From NCBI GenBank assembly GCA_965287045.1, contig OZ336895.1:2790001-2854000 (forward strand): a DNA stretch of 64,000 nucleotides, given 5' to 3'. The position numbers were made by a program, and so were the translations under genes. Source of the DNA: Carcharhinus amblyrhynchos. Taxonomy: Eukaryota. How positions within the stretch are numbered: position 1 is the first letter of the stretch; every line of letters begins with the position of its first letter. The notes under the pieces are model-generated. The model was not told the DNA's origin, made no database searches, and saw nothing but the letters and a program-made list of their open reading frames with translations. This document shows, in pieces, positions 50,605 to 63,504 of the stretch.

Positions 50605-51310
50605 GTATACTGTGTATGTGGTGAGACCACATCTGGAATACTGTGAACAGTTCTGGTCCTCTTATTTAAAGATATATATTATTTCATCGGAGGCAGTTCA
50701 GAGAAGGGTCATTAGGATGATTCCTCCATATGGATGGATTGTCTTACGAGGAAAGGTTATACAGATTGGGACTCGATTCATTGGAATTTAGAAGAATAAA
50801 AGGCGATCTCATTGAAACATATCAGATTCTTAAGGGGCTTGACAGGGTAAATGCTAAGAGGATTGATCCCGTCAAGGGAAAGTCTAGGACTAGAGGACAC
50901 AGTCTCATAATCTCACTATAAAACTGAGGCGAGGAAGAATTTCTTCTCTCAGAGGATTGTGAGTCTTTGGAACTCCTTGCCACAGAGAGCTGTGAGGGGC
51001 AGAGTCCTTGGGCGGAATTTTCCAGACAATTGCCATGAAACTGGAAAATCCCATCCGAGACCAACGGACCTTTCCTTGGACTGCCCCTTGCCTGCTACGA
51101 TTCTTGTGGGTGTTTGGAATGTGGAAAATCAGCCCCTTCTGTATAATTAAGGTTGAGATAGGTAGATTTCTGATCAATAAGGAAACCAAGGGCTACAGGG
51201 AAAGGGCAGGAAAGTGGACGTGTGGAATGTCGGATCAGCCATGATCTTATTGAATGACGGAGCAGGCTTGAGGGGCCGAATGGCCTACTCCTGTTCATAT
51301 TTCTGATGGG
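50605..51310 (+). mobile_element. CR1 LINE 3' fragment with a nested palindromic MITE-like element (~51000-51135)
   Basis: GLSYEERL…GDLIETY motif. Confidence 0.8.
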
Positions 51311-53424
51311 CTTAAAATAAATTTAGTCAGCCAAATGAGAAAGCAATCACAAGGGTCAGCTAATATATAAACTGCCTGAGCTGCCCTGTTATAGTTTATT
51401 AGAACATCTGAATCCCTTGCTTGTGATACTGTCTTGTAGCTCCGTCCTACCGATCCATTATTCTTTATTTAAAGGATAATAGGCCAGCAGAGAATCTCAT
51501 TACGGTACAAAGACCAGCACACTCATTTGCTCACTTTCAAAACAAGCTGACAGTGCAGTATTACTTTCTGTTTTAACAAGGCCCGTGGGTACAATAAAAT
51601 CAATAGTTACTGCAATTTTTTTTTAACTGGCAGTACTATAATATTTTCCCTTAGGTTAGTGAAGTGACCTTTATACCTGTTTTAAATGTGGACTAATACC
51701 CTGTAATTATCAGTTCAATATATATATGGCTCTGTATAAACGTGGTAAGCTATAAACAGAGGAGGAAATTTTAATTTCCAGTGAACGCAATTGACTTGGA
51801 GGAGTCAGAGCTGTCAATAACACAGGAAGCAACATTAAAAAGGAATGGCTCTGTGGTGAGTTACTGTTAATCTATCACACAGAAGGTCATATAAAATGCC
51901 TGCTACCTTTCTGAAACTGTGAGACTGAGCCAGACAGATAAAGAGGTTCCAGGTTTGATTCCTGGTCTGCATTGAGTTCACTCATCTCAGTAATCATCAA
52001 ACATTTTTCTTAAATTCATTCATGGGACATGAGCGTTGTAAGAAGTCTGACAACACCAGGTTTAAGTCCAACCGATTTATTTGATATTAAACTTGCAAGC
52101 TTTCGGGGTTTGCTCCTTCGTCAGGCGAAGTTGTCAGACTTCTTACTGCGTTTACCCCAGTCCAACACCGGCATCTCCACATCAACATTTATTGCCCATC
52201 CCTAGTTGCCTTTGAACTGAGTGGCTTGCTAGGCTATTTCAATGAGCAGTTGAGAGTCAACCACATTACTCTGAAGTCACAGAGGCCAGGCCGGGTAAGG
52301 ATGGCAGATTTCCTTCTCTAAAAGGCCAGATGGGTTTTTCCGATAATGGTTTCATGGTCATCAGTATACTCTAAATTCCAGATTTTTTTTATTGAATTCA
52401 AATTCCACCATCTGCCGTGGTGGGATTTGAACCTGGGTCCCCAGAACATTAGCAATCGCAAGGGTCAGCTAATGCAATAATATCACCAGACCACTGCCTC
52501 TCCCTTGGTCTGGCTACAATTGGTCTCAGTTCTGAATGAGGAAGAGACTAAAGAAGATTGCCACTTCCAAGTATGTCTTCGGGCCCCTTGCTACACTTCT
52601 CTCACTCCTGCTCCAGCCAAACTAGGAGATGCATGTGTGTCAGGGAATGACAGTTTTGTTGATGATTGTTATGGTTCACTAACCCATCCATCTGGGCTCA
52701 TCTATGAAGAATGGCCACCTGGAATTGGATGAGATGTCAAAGGACTGCAGGCACCCGTGGAATTGAATTTGAATGTATTTCAGCACCCTTCAGCAGAGAC
52801 TACAGGAAGTTGAAAATTTACAGAAATCCTCAAGGTATTGTAGTGCTCGTTATCTCAGTAACTCGACTGAGAACCAGATCTGAACCTGGGCATAAATCAG
52901 GCTGGCATCAGGAGCAAATCAACCCTCACCAGGGTTTGATTACACTCGGCTCTTCCTAAAGGAGAAATGGACAATTAGATTAGTAATCCGGTTGGATTGA
53001 GAATGGTGCAGAATAATGCCAACACTGCAGGTTCAATCCCAGTACCGGCTGGGGTAGTTCTCAGGAAGTGAGTCTTTGCCTTGCCCCATAGTAATATCAT
53101 GGAATCAGCCATGAACAGCAACTTTCAGTTTGCAAGGACATTGCATTGAGAGCTCGAGAGACAAAGGAGCATTTATATCTCCTTTGGGCCAAAGAATTAT
53201 GATCAAGCAAAAGGCAAAAATGGTGATCAAAAGTCCACTTGTTAACATCATATATGGTTAATTTTTAATGTCATCACATGGAACTTATTAAAGAAGGAAG
53301 TAATATTGTGCTGTCAATTTGCCTTGAGATTGAGTCTGCTGATCTTTGTGATCTATGATCTTACAAAATATATAATAATGGGTAGGTGAGACAGAGCTGC
53401 CAACAGCCTGCCCGAGCACCCCCA

Positions 53425-53808
53425 TGCTGACACTATAGTTAAGAAAGCCCACCAACACCTCCACTTTCTTAGAAGTCTAAGGAAATTTGGCATGTCAGCT
53501 ACAACTCTCACCAACTTTTATCGATGCACCAGCATCCAACCCAGTTATAGAAGGAACAGCGAAATATTTCCAAGTCAAAATGGTGTGTGACTTGGAGGTG
53601 AGTTTCCAGGTGGCACTACTCCCATGTATCTGCTGTCCTTATTCTTCTAGATAGTAGTTATTGTGGGTTTGAAGATGCTCTCAAAGGAGTCTTTGTGAAT
53701 TTTTGAAGTGCATCTTGTAGGTGGTACACGCTGCTGCTACAGTGCATTCTTTCTGGTTGAATCATAGCTTGGTATGGATCCTGCTCTGCCCAAGGCCGCA
53801 AGAAACTG
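53425..53808 (+). mobile_element. Rex1/Babar fragment interrupted by a minus-strand LINE tail
   Basis: KKAHQHLHFL-type sequence, broken after GATGCACCA and resuming at GCATTCTTTCTGG. Confidence 0.65.
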
Positions 53809-55134
53809 GTGATGGGGAGGAACCGTCCTGTCCCAGTCTGCCATGGGAACTGTAGCGGGTGAATGCGGGCGGGGGGGTGGGGGGTGGGGGTGTGGGTAGG
53901 GGATGGTCATGCAAAGATCCGTTGACCCCGGGTGGGATTTTTTGGTTTTGGGCCGAGCGCGCGCCAGAAAATCCTGCCCCTAGCCTGTAAAAGCAATGAG
54001 GATTGTCTCACAAATTCCAAAGCTCAAAATTCAATTCTTGCTTTGTGCTATTAACTGATCTTGGCCACTCTGGAATGTTGAATTGCTGCAAGGGTCATCA
54101 TCTTGCCTTTCCCGTTTCACCCCTGCGTTTCCCCCACTGGTCACTCAACATTCCATTTTCATGGCGCCAGACCTGCCCTGGCCAATTTTAAAGCCATGTG
54201 CTTCTTTGTTACTCGGATGGCTAATTCCTGACCATCAAATAACTTCCTTTTTCTCATTTCCAACATTTTTCAATCTGTTTAACAATCGCCTTGAAAGATT
54301 TGTGTTCTTTTTAAAAGGCACCTTGATATTTCTCCTGGGGTTTCTGGGAGATTTCTTGAAAGCTCCAGAACAATCCTGAGGTGTTGGCAACCTTTACTCA
54401 CCTGGGCCGTCAGTTGGCATTCTGCCAGCGTTTTCGAGCTAGGGAGGGGAGATCTCAGGCAAAGTTCCTGCAACTTATTAACATCCAACAAGCTGTGCTG
54501 GCAGTGCATGTCCATGGTATCAGGTGCACATAGGACTGGGCTCAGTGGGGTGGGGGGGGGGTGGGGGGGGGGGGGGGCATATGCCACATGCAGATAAGCT
54601 CATGCATGAAGTATGATCTGTGAAATGTCAGAGAGCTGGCAAAACCTGACACACGCAAACCTCAGGGTCTTCAGGAGAAGAGAAGAGAGGATACGGGGTG
54701 CTGTAGCAGCACAGTGTGTCAGGAGGCTCAGAGGCCATGTTGCTGGCTTACTGCTGGGCACCATGACCTCCGTACGCCTCCAACTGCTGGATATCCAACA
54801 CCATCAGCTCCGTGCCAGATATCGGCAAGGAACTGTATCAATTATGATTACTAGCATATGATTAGCAGGCCCAGGACTGAAATCTCCAGGCCCACTAACA
54901 TCTATTCTCCACTCCCGAACCCCATCCCAAACCGCTCCCCCCGACTCCACCAACCCACCCCCCCCACCCCCCTTCCCGACCGGGAGCGTTTCACTTCAGC
55001 GGGGTTTGCCATAGGTCCCCACTAGTGGGGAGCTGGCAGCCCGACCCCACTGGAGTGAAAGGAAGCCATGGAGGCTCCCAGAAGGTTGGGGGTGAGGTGG
55101 AGGGGGGTGGCCCCTGGGCATTGCCAGCTTTGAT

Positions 55135-55420
55135 GTGGAGATGCCGGATTTGGACTGAGGTAAACACAGCAAAACGTCTCCCACACAATACACATCTCTT
55201 TAACCTGTGCTTAACCCTCTCTCCACTCACATTGTCCGTACCTTTAAGATTTGATTAACTGTAAAGACTCTCATTCCAACCATTATTTTGTAAATTGAGT
55301 TAATGTCTTTATATGCCCTGTTTGTGAACTTACCTGATGAAGGAGCAGGGCTCTGAAAGCTAGTGGCTTGTGCTATCAAATAAACCTGTTGGACTTTAAT
55401 GTGGTGTTGTGAGACTTCTT
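55135..55420 (+). mobile_element. Penelope-like pLTR remnant with a hammerhead core
   Basis: CTGATGAAGGAGCAGGGCTCTGAAAGCTAGTG at 55334, with an inverted pLTR piece at 55135. Confidence 0.7.
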
Positions 55421-57094
55421 ATTGTCATTGCCAGCTTGGCAGTGCCAGCCTGGCCCCCTAGCACTGCCCAAGGGGCAAAGTGGAAATGCCCAGGGGGCAC
55501 CTGGCACTGCCCACCAGACATCGGGCAGTATCAAGGGGGTGGGGGGGGTGCCCTGCTGCCACTCTATAATGGCGATGACAGAGGGATGGCAATGTTTGGG
55601 TACACTGAGGGAAAATTTAGCACGGCCAGTGCACCTAACCAGCTGGTCATAAGAACATAAGAAATAGGAGCAGGAGTAGGCCATCTAGCCCTTCGAGCCT
55701 GCCCCGCCATTCAATAAGATCATGGCTGATCTGAAGTGGATCAGTTCCACTTTCCCACTTTCTCCCCATGACCCTTAATTCCCTTGCCTACCAAAAACCT
55801 ATCTACCCGTGTCTTAAATATATTTAGCAAGGTAGCCTCCACCACATCAACGGGCAGAGAATTCCAGGTCTTTTGGGGCTGTGGGAGGAAACCGGAGCAC
55901 CTGGAGGAAACCCACTAAGACATGGTAGAACATGCAGACTTCGCACAGAGAGTGACCCTAAGCTGGGAATCTAACCCTGGTCCTTGGCCCTGTGAGAAAG
56001 CTAGCCACTGTCGCCATGCCAACCAGATGTGCATTTCAGAAGTGCTTCTTTGTCCGTAAGATGCCTGATGGTCATGACAGGCATTATATAAATGGAAGAT
56101 CCTTTTCTATCTACAGTGCAGGAACCGTGATCAACGTGGCAGGCAATGAACCTCTGCCACAGCTGCCAGTCGCCATGTTAAGTGCTTAGATCCTTATGGG
56201 TGTTGAGCACAATTGAGTTTGTAGGCCGCACTCTTCTGCATTGACACACTCCTTCATCATCGCCTAATTAAAATCCAGCTAATCTAATTGATGGGCAAGT
56301 AGGCAATAATCATGTTGTAGGAATGCCCTTTTTAGCTTCTGCAGCTGCTGTGTTCCACCACCCATTTGAAATCGAATCAGCACCAAGGGGATTTCTAATG
56401 GATTTTCTCTTCTAACGACCCCAGTGTGCCAATATGGAAATTGTATTCCAGAATAGGGGAGCTCCAGCTGATTAAATCAGCTCTTTGTCTCCTATTTAAA
56501 CACAGATCCCATGAGCTCAAACTCTATCGCCTTCACGTTGTTGTTCAATTTACCGACCTTTGACCCACTTAAACTCAACTTGATCCGTAACAATAGTTGA
56601 GATGTCTGAGAGTGTTGTGGATTATGTTTATTTGTGGTCTTATAATCCTAGACCAGACCCCAAGATTTTGGTAAGATTCAATAATGTTTTATTTACAGTA
56701 GACAACTATGAGAATTGTCAAAATGTTGGGGGGGGGGGTGGGGAAGATGGGGGGTCTGGATTGGGTTGGGGGTGCCTGGTGGTGGGGGGTGGAGGTGGGG
56801 TGGGGGGGACACAAGATTCTCTCAAGGCAGGGTTGGTGAACTACGGTAAATCTCCATTCACATCAATGGGATTAGAACATCCCCCTGTCACGAGGGGGTG
56901 GGAAAATTCTGGCCAAAGTTTCAAATACAAGTGAATAAAGCCACAAGACTCTATGGGATGTGAACAGATAAAAATAAGCTTGACCCATACAAGGTCAAAA
57001 GTGAAACAATTTACCACACCTATCTTATATTCAAACATTCCAGGTAAATATGAAGTACGTGTAAATTAATAAGCAAACTATGTTCTCAATCTCC

Positions 57095-57977
57095 TACCAT
57101 ACTCTTTATACACCCACGACTGTGTGGCCAAATTCCGCTCTAATTCGATTTTCAAGTTTGCCAATGACACCTCAAAGACATCTCAAACAATGATGAGACA
57201 GAGTATAGGAATGAGATAGAGAATCTGGTGAACTGATATGGTGACAATAATCTCTTCCTCAATGTCAACAAAATGAAGGAGATTGTCATTGACTTCAGGA
57301 AGCTTGGGAGAACATGGCCCTGTCTACATCAATGGGGATGAAGTAGAAAGCATCGAGACCTTCAAGTTTTCGGGTGTCCAGATCACCAACAACTTGTCCT
57401 GGTCCGCCCATGCCAACACTATAATTAAGAAAGCGTACCAACGCTTCTACTTTCTCAGAATACTAAGGAAAATTGGCATGTCAGATACGACTCTCAGCAA
57501 CTTTTACAGATGCCCAATAGGAAGCATTCTTTCTGGTTGTATCACAGCTTGCTATGCCTCCTGCTTTGCCCACGACTGCAAGAAACTACTAAGGTTATGA
57601 ATGAAGCCCAATCCATCAGGCAAACCAGCCTCCCATTCAATGACTCTGTCTACACTTCCCTCTTCCTTGGCAAAGCAGCCAGCATAATTAAGGACCCCAT
57701 GCACCCCAGACATTTTTTCTTCCATCTTCCGTACAAAAGTCCGTGGTCACGTACGAACCGACCCAAGAACAGCTTCTTCCCTGCTGCCGTCAGACTTTTG
57801 AATGGACCTACCTTGCATTAAGTTGACTTTTCTCTACACCCTAGCTATGACTGTAACACCACATTCTGCACTCTCTCGTTTCCTTCTCAATGAATGGTAT
57901 GCATTATAGAGCACAAGAAATAATGCTTTTCACTGTATGCTAATACATGTGACAATAATAAATCAAATCAAATCAAA
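57095..57977 (+). mobile_element. Rex1/Babar LINE 3' portion (RT)
   Basis: YTHDCVAK…FKFANDT…LNVNKMKEIVIDFRK…KKAYQRFYFLR motifs and an (AATCA)n tail. Confidence 0.85.
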
Positions 57978-58069
57978 AAAACACACCACACTACATAATG
58001 AATGGCAGATGTGACCAAGATGGAATCCATGGATCACTCACTAACTCTACTAAATGTCAGTAACCACTA

Positions 58070-58485
58070 TGGGTGAGGTTCTCCTGCCTCCCAGCTGCAT
58101 GTTTCTCAGCGGTGGAAGGTGGCATACTGTTTGCTGGTGGGATTCTGTGGATCCCACTGCTTTCAATGGGATTTCCCACTGATGGCACCCCATGCCATCA
58201 GGAAACCTACAGATGGGTAGAGGTGCACTACCAATGAGACCAGAAAATCCCGCTGGCGTGAACAGCTGGAGAATTCTTACTGAAACTCTGGGCAGGACTC
58301 TCTGGCCATTCCCACTGGCTGTATATTCAGGCTCCACTTACAGTGACCCACTCCCCACCACAGATTCTCCAGCAAAGGAGGGTCTGAACAATGGGAAACC
58401 CTGTTGACCAACAGGGACCAGAAGATCCTGCTTCAGGCCACATCCACAAAACACACCGCGAGCGGTTTGGAAAATTCCAGCCCCT
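58070..58485. mobile_element. Palindromic MITE-like repeats
   Basis: Internal inverted symmetry. Related elements at about 29570, 33480, 47425, 48800, 53810 and 59920. Confidence 0.5.
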
Positions 58486-59389
58486 CTCTCACAATTGTCA
58501 CCTTTGAAGATCTAACCTGGGAATTCACTTCAAAAGTCGCTCCAACTTGGAAAGCAACAACATTGGGCCACCTTGCAAGGTTTCAGTGCAGATTCCACAG
58601 GGACAGTGACCCAAGCAGGGAATCGAACCCGGGTCCCTGGTGCTGTGAGGCAGCAGTGCCATCATGCTGCAACATAAGTCACGTTACTGAGGCAGACAGG
58701 GTGGGTTATGCAACGATGTAACTGCAAAAACATGGAGCATAACGGTGTCCCTTTAATTCAGATCAGCAAGTTGACGCCTCAAGCCTTCATACCAATGTTA
58801 CTAATTCTAGATCATTATCAGCTGCATCATTCTTTTACTATAATCTTTAAAGGTGTTGAGTAATAAATTAACTTATACTTCAGTTGGGTTGATGACTAGT
58901 AGCACAATTTCAGTTGTACACTGCTATTGACTCAGTAATTATTAACTTGCTGGTATATTTTTCAGTTCTCTAATCTGGAGATTAATCTAAAGATAACTTT
59001 CTTCTCCGTGCTCCACTATTTTGCCTTCCTTCCAACTTTCTCCCCTCTTCTCTGTCAAGAAGTGGGAACTCTTTGCTAAGAATCTAACAGGTTGTGATTA
59101 AAGTGCGGTTTTGATGACAAACATCAGCAGGCTGTCCAACATTCAGCCAAGCTGACCTTGTCCCTTTCCGATGTTGCATGTGTCTCCAGAAGTTGGGGTG
59201 GGAGGTGCGGGTGGCTGGCCTGGATCATGATTGGGAACTGGGAATGCACTCCCACTCCTCTCGGGCCCTCCGTGCCCTGTGCACTGCCCATGGCTGCAGC
59301 TTCACGAGCTGACTGACCAAGCAGCCACCCCAGGACTTTCCTGAATAGCTTGATTTGGAGAACTTGACCCACAGTGAATATGGGATCCT

Positions 59390-59835
59390 GGGCAGCATGG
59401 TGGCACGGTGGTTAGCACTGCTGTCTCACAGCACCAGGGACCTAGGTTCAATCCTGGCCTTGGGTGACTGTGTGGAGTTTGCACATTCTCCCTGTGGGTT
59501 TCCTCTGGGTGCTCCAGATTCCTCCCACATCCCAAAGCTGTGCATGTCAGATGAATTGGCCATGCTAAATTGCCCCTTAATGTCAGGGGGATTTGGAGAG
59601 TAAATAGGTGGTGTTACAGGAATAGGGCCTGAGTGGGATTGTTGTTGGTGCAGGCTTGATGGGCCGAATGGCCTCCTTCTGCACCATATGTTCTATGATT
59701 CCAGGTTAGGGTGATTAATGGGATAAGTATATGGAGTGACGTGGATAGGGTCCGGGTGAGGTGATACGTCAGAGAGTTAGTGTGGACTCAATGGGCCAAA
59801 TGGCCTGCTTCTGTACTGTAAAGATCCTGATTCTC
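59390..59835 (+). mobile_element. HE1-type V-SINE with a duplicated tail
   Basis: SINE body plus two tails. Confidence 0.85.
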
Positions 59836-60523
59836 TGCTTTTGTGTCAGCTCTCCCTTTGTTGAGGCTTTCATAATCCAAGATTCCCAATAAAGAGGGAG
59901 ACAGATGCTGGTATTTTATAGCCTCACTTGGGCGAGGCTGGTTAAATCTTGTCCGAGGCTAACAGAGAATTCTGTTTCGCGAGCATCGCCTGTCCTGGAA
60001 TTGGGGCGGGCATGCCGGTAAAATTTTGGGATGGAAATCTGATCTTAATTAAAAACATTGTTGAAGCTATCAAGGGAAGTACACAAGAGTTAATTTAACC
60101 TCTAATTATTTTCTCCTTCTACATGTGCAGTGATATTTAGCCTCCATGTGGTCTCATGCAACACCTCCAAGACTCCATCCCAACCCTACCCTTTACTAAA
60201 AGCACCCTGCCATGATCAGGAAGTCACTGGGGGAAGGTCTGGCTCCAATGGACTCAACACTAGTCCAGCATATTTTAAAATAAATGCTATAGATCAACAG
60301 ATTGAATTCCCTGGGTGTTATTTTTATTTTAAACAGGCTAGCAACCATGGTAAAACAGCACAGTAAAGAATTTATTTGAATACATTAACCGCTAGACTCG
60401 AAATAGCAGAGAGAGACAATTAAGTCTGCTGCAATTTCTTTCCCAAATCGATGTCCATTGTTTCTCCAAGTTATTCCTGCGTCTTACAATGCAGTTACTA
60501 ATTATTAAGGATTTTAATTAATC

Positions 60524-60546
60524 TTCATTCATTCATTCATTCATTC
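60524..60546 (+). repeat. (TTCA)n microsatellite
   Basis: About six tandem TTCA units. Confidence 0.8.
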
Positions 60547-61934
60547 AGAAAGGAAAGACTGGAAGACCAGTCCTGATCCCAGGCCTTGCATCTTGCTTTT
60601 TGTTTGGTGTTTAGAAACGAGGCAAAAAAAGCCAGCAATGTAATTGTGAAAGAGTTCTGCTGTGAAGCCAACCGTGGCCCCCACTCCTCAAATCAAGTCT
60701 ATATATTCTGTAGCGCACATATCAAATCAGAATCAATAACCAGTTCAGATTAAATAGTGAACCCCAGAAATTGACAAATAGGTCGCTGGAAAATGAGATA
60801 GCATTGCTTTAATAAATCAAAGATGCTCTTTTTCTGTTGCTCTCTGACATCACTCACTGACGCCTGTTGCCTGAAGGAAATCAGATAGAAAGCTGCGGCG
60901 CAAAAAAAAGATTCTGTGTCATGTGACCACAGTTTAGCTACTCACATTTAAGATTCTAGCCCCAGGTACAATATTAATAGGCTGCTGGTGTATGCGTTCT
61001 TTCAGGAATGAAGGCAGATTGTAGTTAACTCTTTAACTGCTCAATCCTCAAGCACCATTAGAAATACCTAATATTTCCCCGAAAATATTCAACCTCCTAA
61101 TTTGCAACATATGTTCCTGTCTGCTGTGAAATTAGACCACGTGCTGTTGGGTTTGTTTCCAATTTCTTTTGGCCCAGTTACAATAATCTGATAACTGCCT
61201 CTGATAAAAGAGCAGGCAAAAGGTTTTCATTGAAAGGCGTCAGTATCTCCACGCACTAATATCCCACAGATACATCTCAAATCTTTTTGTTTATTCATTC
61301 GTGGGACATGGGCACCAAAGTTATTGCATTTATCACAGCATTTATTGCCCATCCCTAGTTGCTCTTGAGAAGCTGGTGGTTTAGTGATTGATACTACTGA
61401 GTGGCTTGTTAGTCCATTTCAGAGGGCGGTTGAGGTCAACCACATTGCTGTAGTTTGGAGTCACATGTAGGCCAAACCAGGTAAGGATGGCAGGTTCCAT
61501 TCCCTAACAGACATTAGAAAACCTAATATGTTTTTCCGACAATCGACAATGGTCATCAGTAGATTCTTAGTTCCAGATATTTTTTATTGTACTCAAATCC
61601 CACCCTCTGCTGTGGCGGGATTAGAACCCAGGTCCCCAGAACATCAGCTGAGTTTTTGGATAAATAGTCTAGTGATAATATCACTAGGCCATTGCCTTCC
61701 CCTGAGGCAAGGGAAGAAGTTGTACCTACGACAGGTACACTGCGAAAGATTATGTTCAGATATACAGGCCAAGAAATTAGATGGTACCGTGCCAATATTT
61801 CAGGTGCAAAACACATGCCTAACATTCACTATGGTAGACAAGGCTCTTATGCTAATGGGTCACCATCATCAATATTGTGGTGGTAAGAACTCCCCCACCC
61901 TCCTCCCCCTACCCCTAAGTTTGAAACAGATATT

Positions 61935-62660
61935 TAATTTTGATTTGATTTATTATTGTCACATGTATTAGTATACAGCAAAAAGTATTGTTTCTTGTGC
62001 AGTGTACAGACAAAGCATACTGTGCATAAAAAAGGAAAAGAGAGAGTGCAGAATGTAGTGTTACAGTCACAGCTAGGATGTAGAGAAAGATCAACTTAGT
62101 GTGAAGTACATCCACTCAAAAGTCTGACAGCAGCAGGGAAGAATCTGTTCTTGAGTCGGTTGATACGTGTCCTCAGACTTTTGTATCCTTTTCCCAACAG
62201 AAAAAAGTGGAAGAGAGAATGTCCGGGGTACATGAGGTCCTTGATTATGCTGGCTGCTTTTTCAAGGCAGTGGGAAGTATAGACAGTGTCTATGTGTGGA
62301 AGACTGGTTTATATGATGGATTGGGCTACGTTCACAACATTTGTAGTTTTGCTGTGGTCTTAGACGGAGCAGGAGCCATACCAAACCATGATACAACCAG
62401 AAACTATGCTTTCTATGGTGCATCTGTAAAAGATATCAGACATCAGGTCCATTGCTTAAGAACGTAGGGGATCACCTGCCTTTTCAAGGCAGTTGTGAGC
62501 TAGCTTGTGCAGGACTGGCTACATTCAAGAAAATGTGGCCGATGTGAAGTTTACCCACTGGACTGCGAGAGGTTGTTAGTAAAAAGACACCTGAATGAGG
62601 CGTGAGGAGAAAGATGAGCAACCCTCATTGGGCCATAGCAGTACTGAAGATACCCGTATC
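61935..62660 (-). mobile_element. Rex1/Babar 3' fragment carrying the same foreign segment as the 13.2-kb copy
   Basis: Rex tail at 61935-62428. The segment at 62430-62655 is homologous to 13265-13485. Confidence 0.75.
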
Positions 62661-63504
62661 GTCTCTTCCTCCCATTCTCCTTTGATCACTCTGTTCCCTC
62701 CTGAATACTTCCTCTCTTTCCCAGGACCATTTGTAGGGTTACCAGGATTGCGCTGGAGTCTCCAGGAGTTGAATACTAGTCTCCTGGACAATGTTGTGCT
62801 CGAAGATCGTGGTGAGAATCGAGTGAGGAGGCGGAGAAAAATCATGTGGAGATTTTAAAGATTCTGGGGTTTTGATCACTTTATTTTTAACCACTACTGC
62901 TTGTTAGTCATGGATATATTGGGGAAGTGGGAAAATGGCAGTAGGATAATGGAGGGAGTTCATGGGACCAAATTCCCAGGAATTAGTCTGTCCAGAGTTG
63001 GCATCCGTAACTATGGGACGCCATTTCCAGCAGCGAGGCAGCATTACATTGAAATCTGTTTAGCTCACGAGGTGCCGGGGGGCACCCAATTGTTGCCAGC
63101 GGCTCATTGGTCTCCTGTGAGTAAAGCCCAACAACACCAGGTGCACCTTCGTACCAACAACTCCCCCCCCAACTCCATCCTCTCATCCTTTACCCCCCTC
63201 CCCCCCATTCTGCTGCACACCAGTTTCTAAGCTATCAAATCTTGGCCCCAAGCAGGTATGAATGGATTGGGTAACAGGGATATGCTAGATGCAATCACTG
63301 ATGTACATTTATATCTTGTGCTCACCGTTGTAGCTTGTTGTGTAAGAATGTCTGCATGGCGTTTAACTACCTTCAGTGCATAGAAAACATGTAACAAAAA
63401 AATACCCAAGGGCACGATCTTTCCAACTCCCTGCATCGGCTGATCGATGCGGTGAGCAGGGAATATAACACACGAGGTGCTGGTGCTGGGTGTGAACTGG
63501 TCTT

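Noticed and set aside
53865-56810. G-run tracts (53865, 54545, 56728) as G-quadruplexes
   Set aside because: Simple homopolymer expansions are common throughout the window, often inside repeats.
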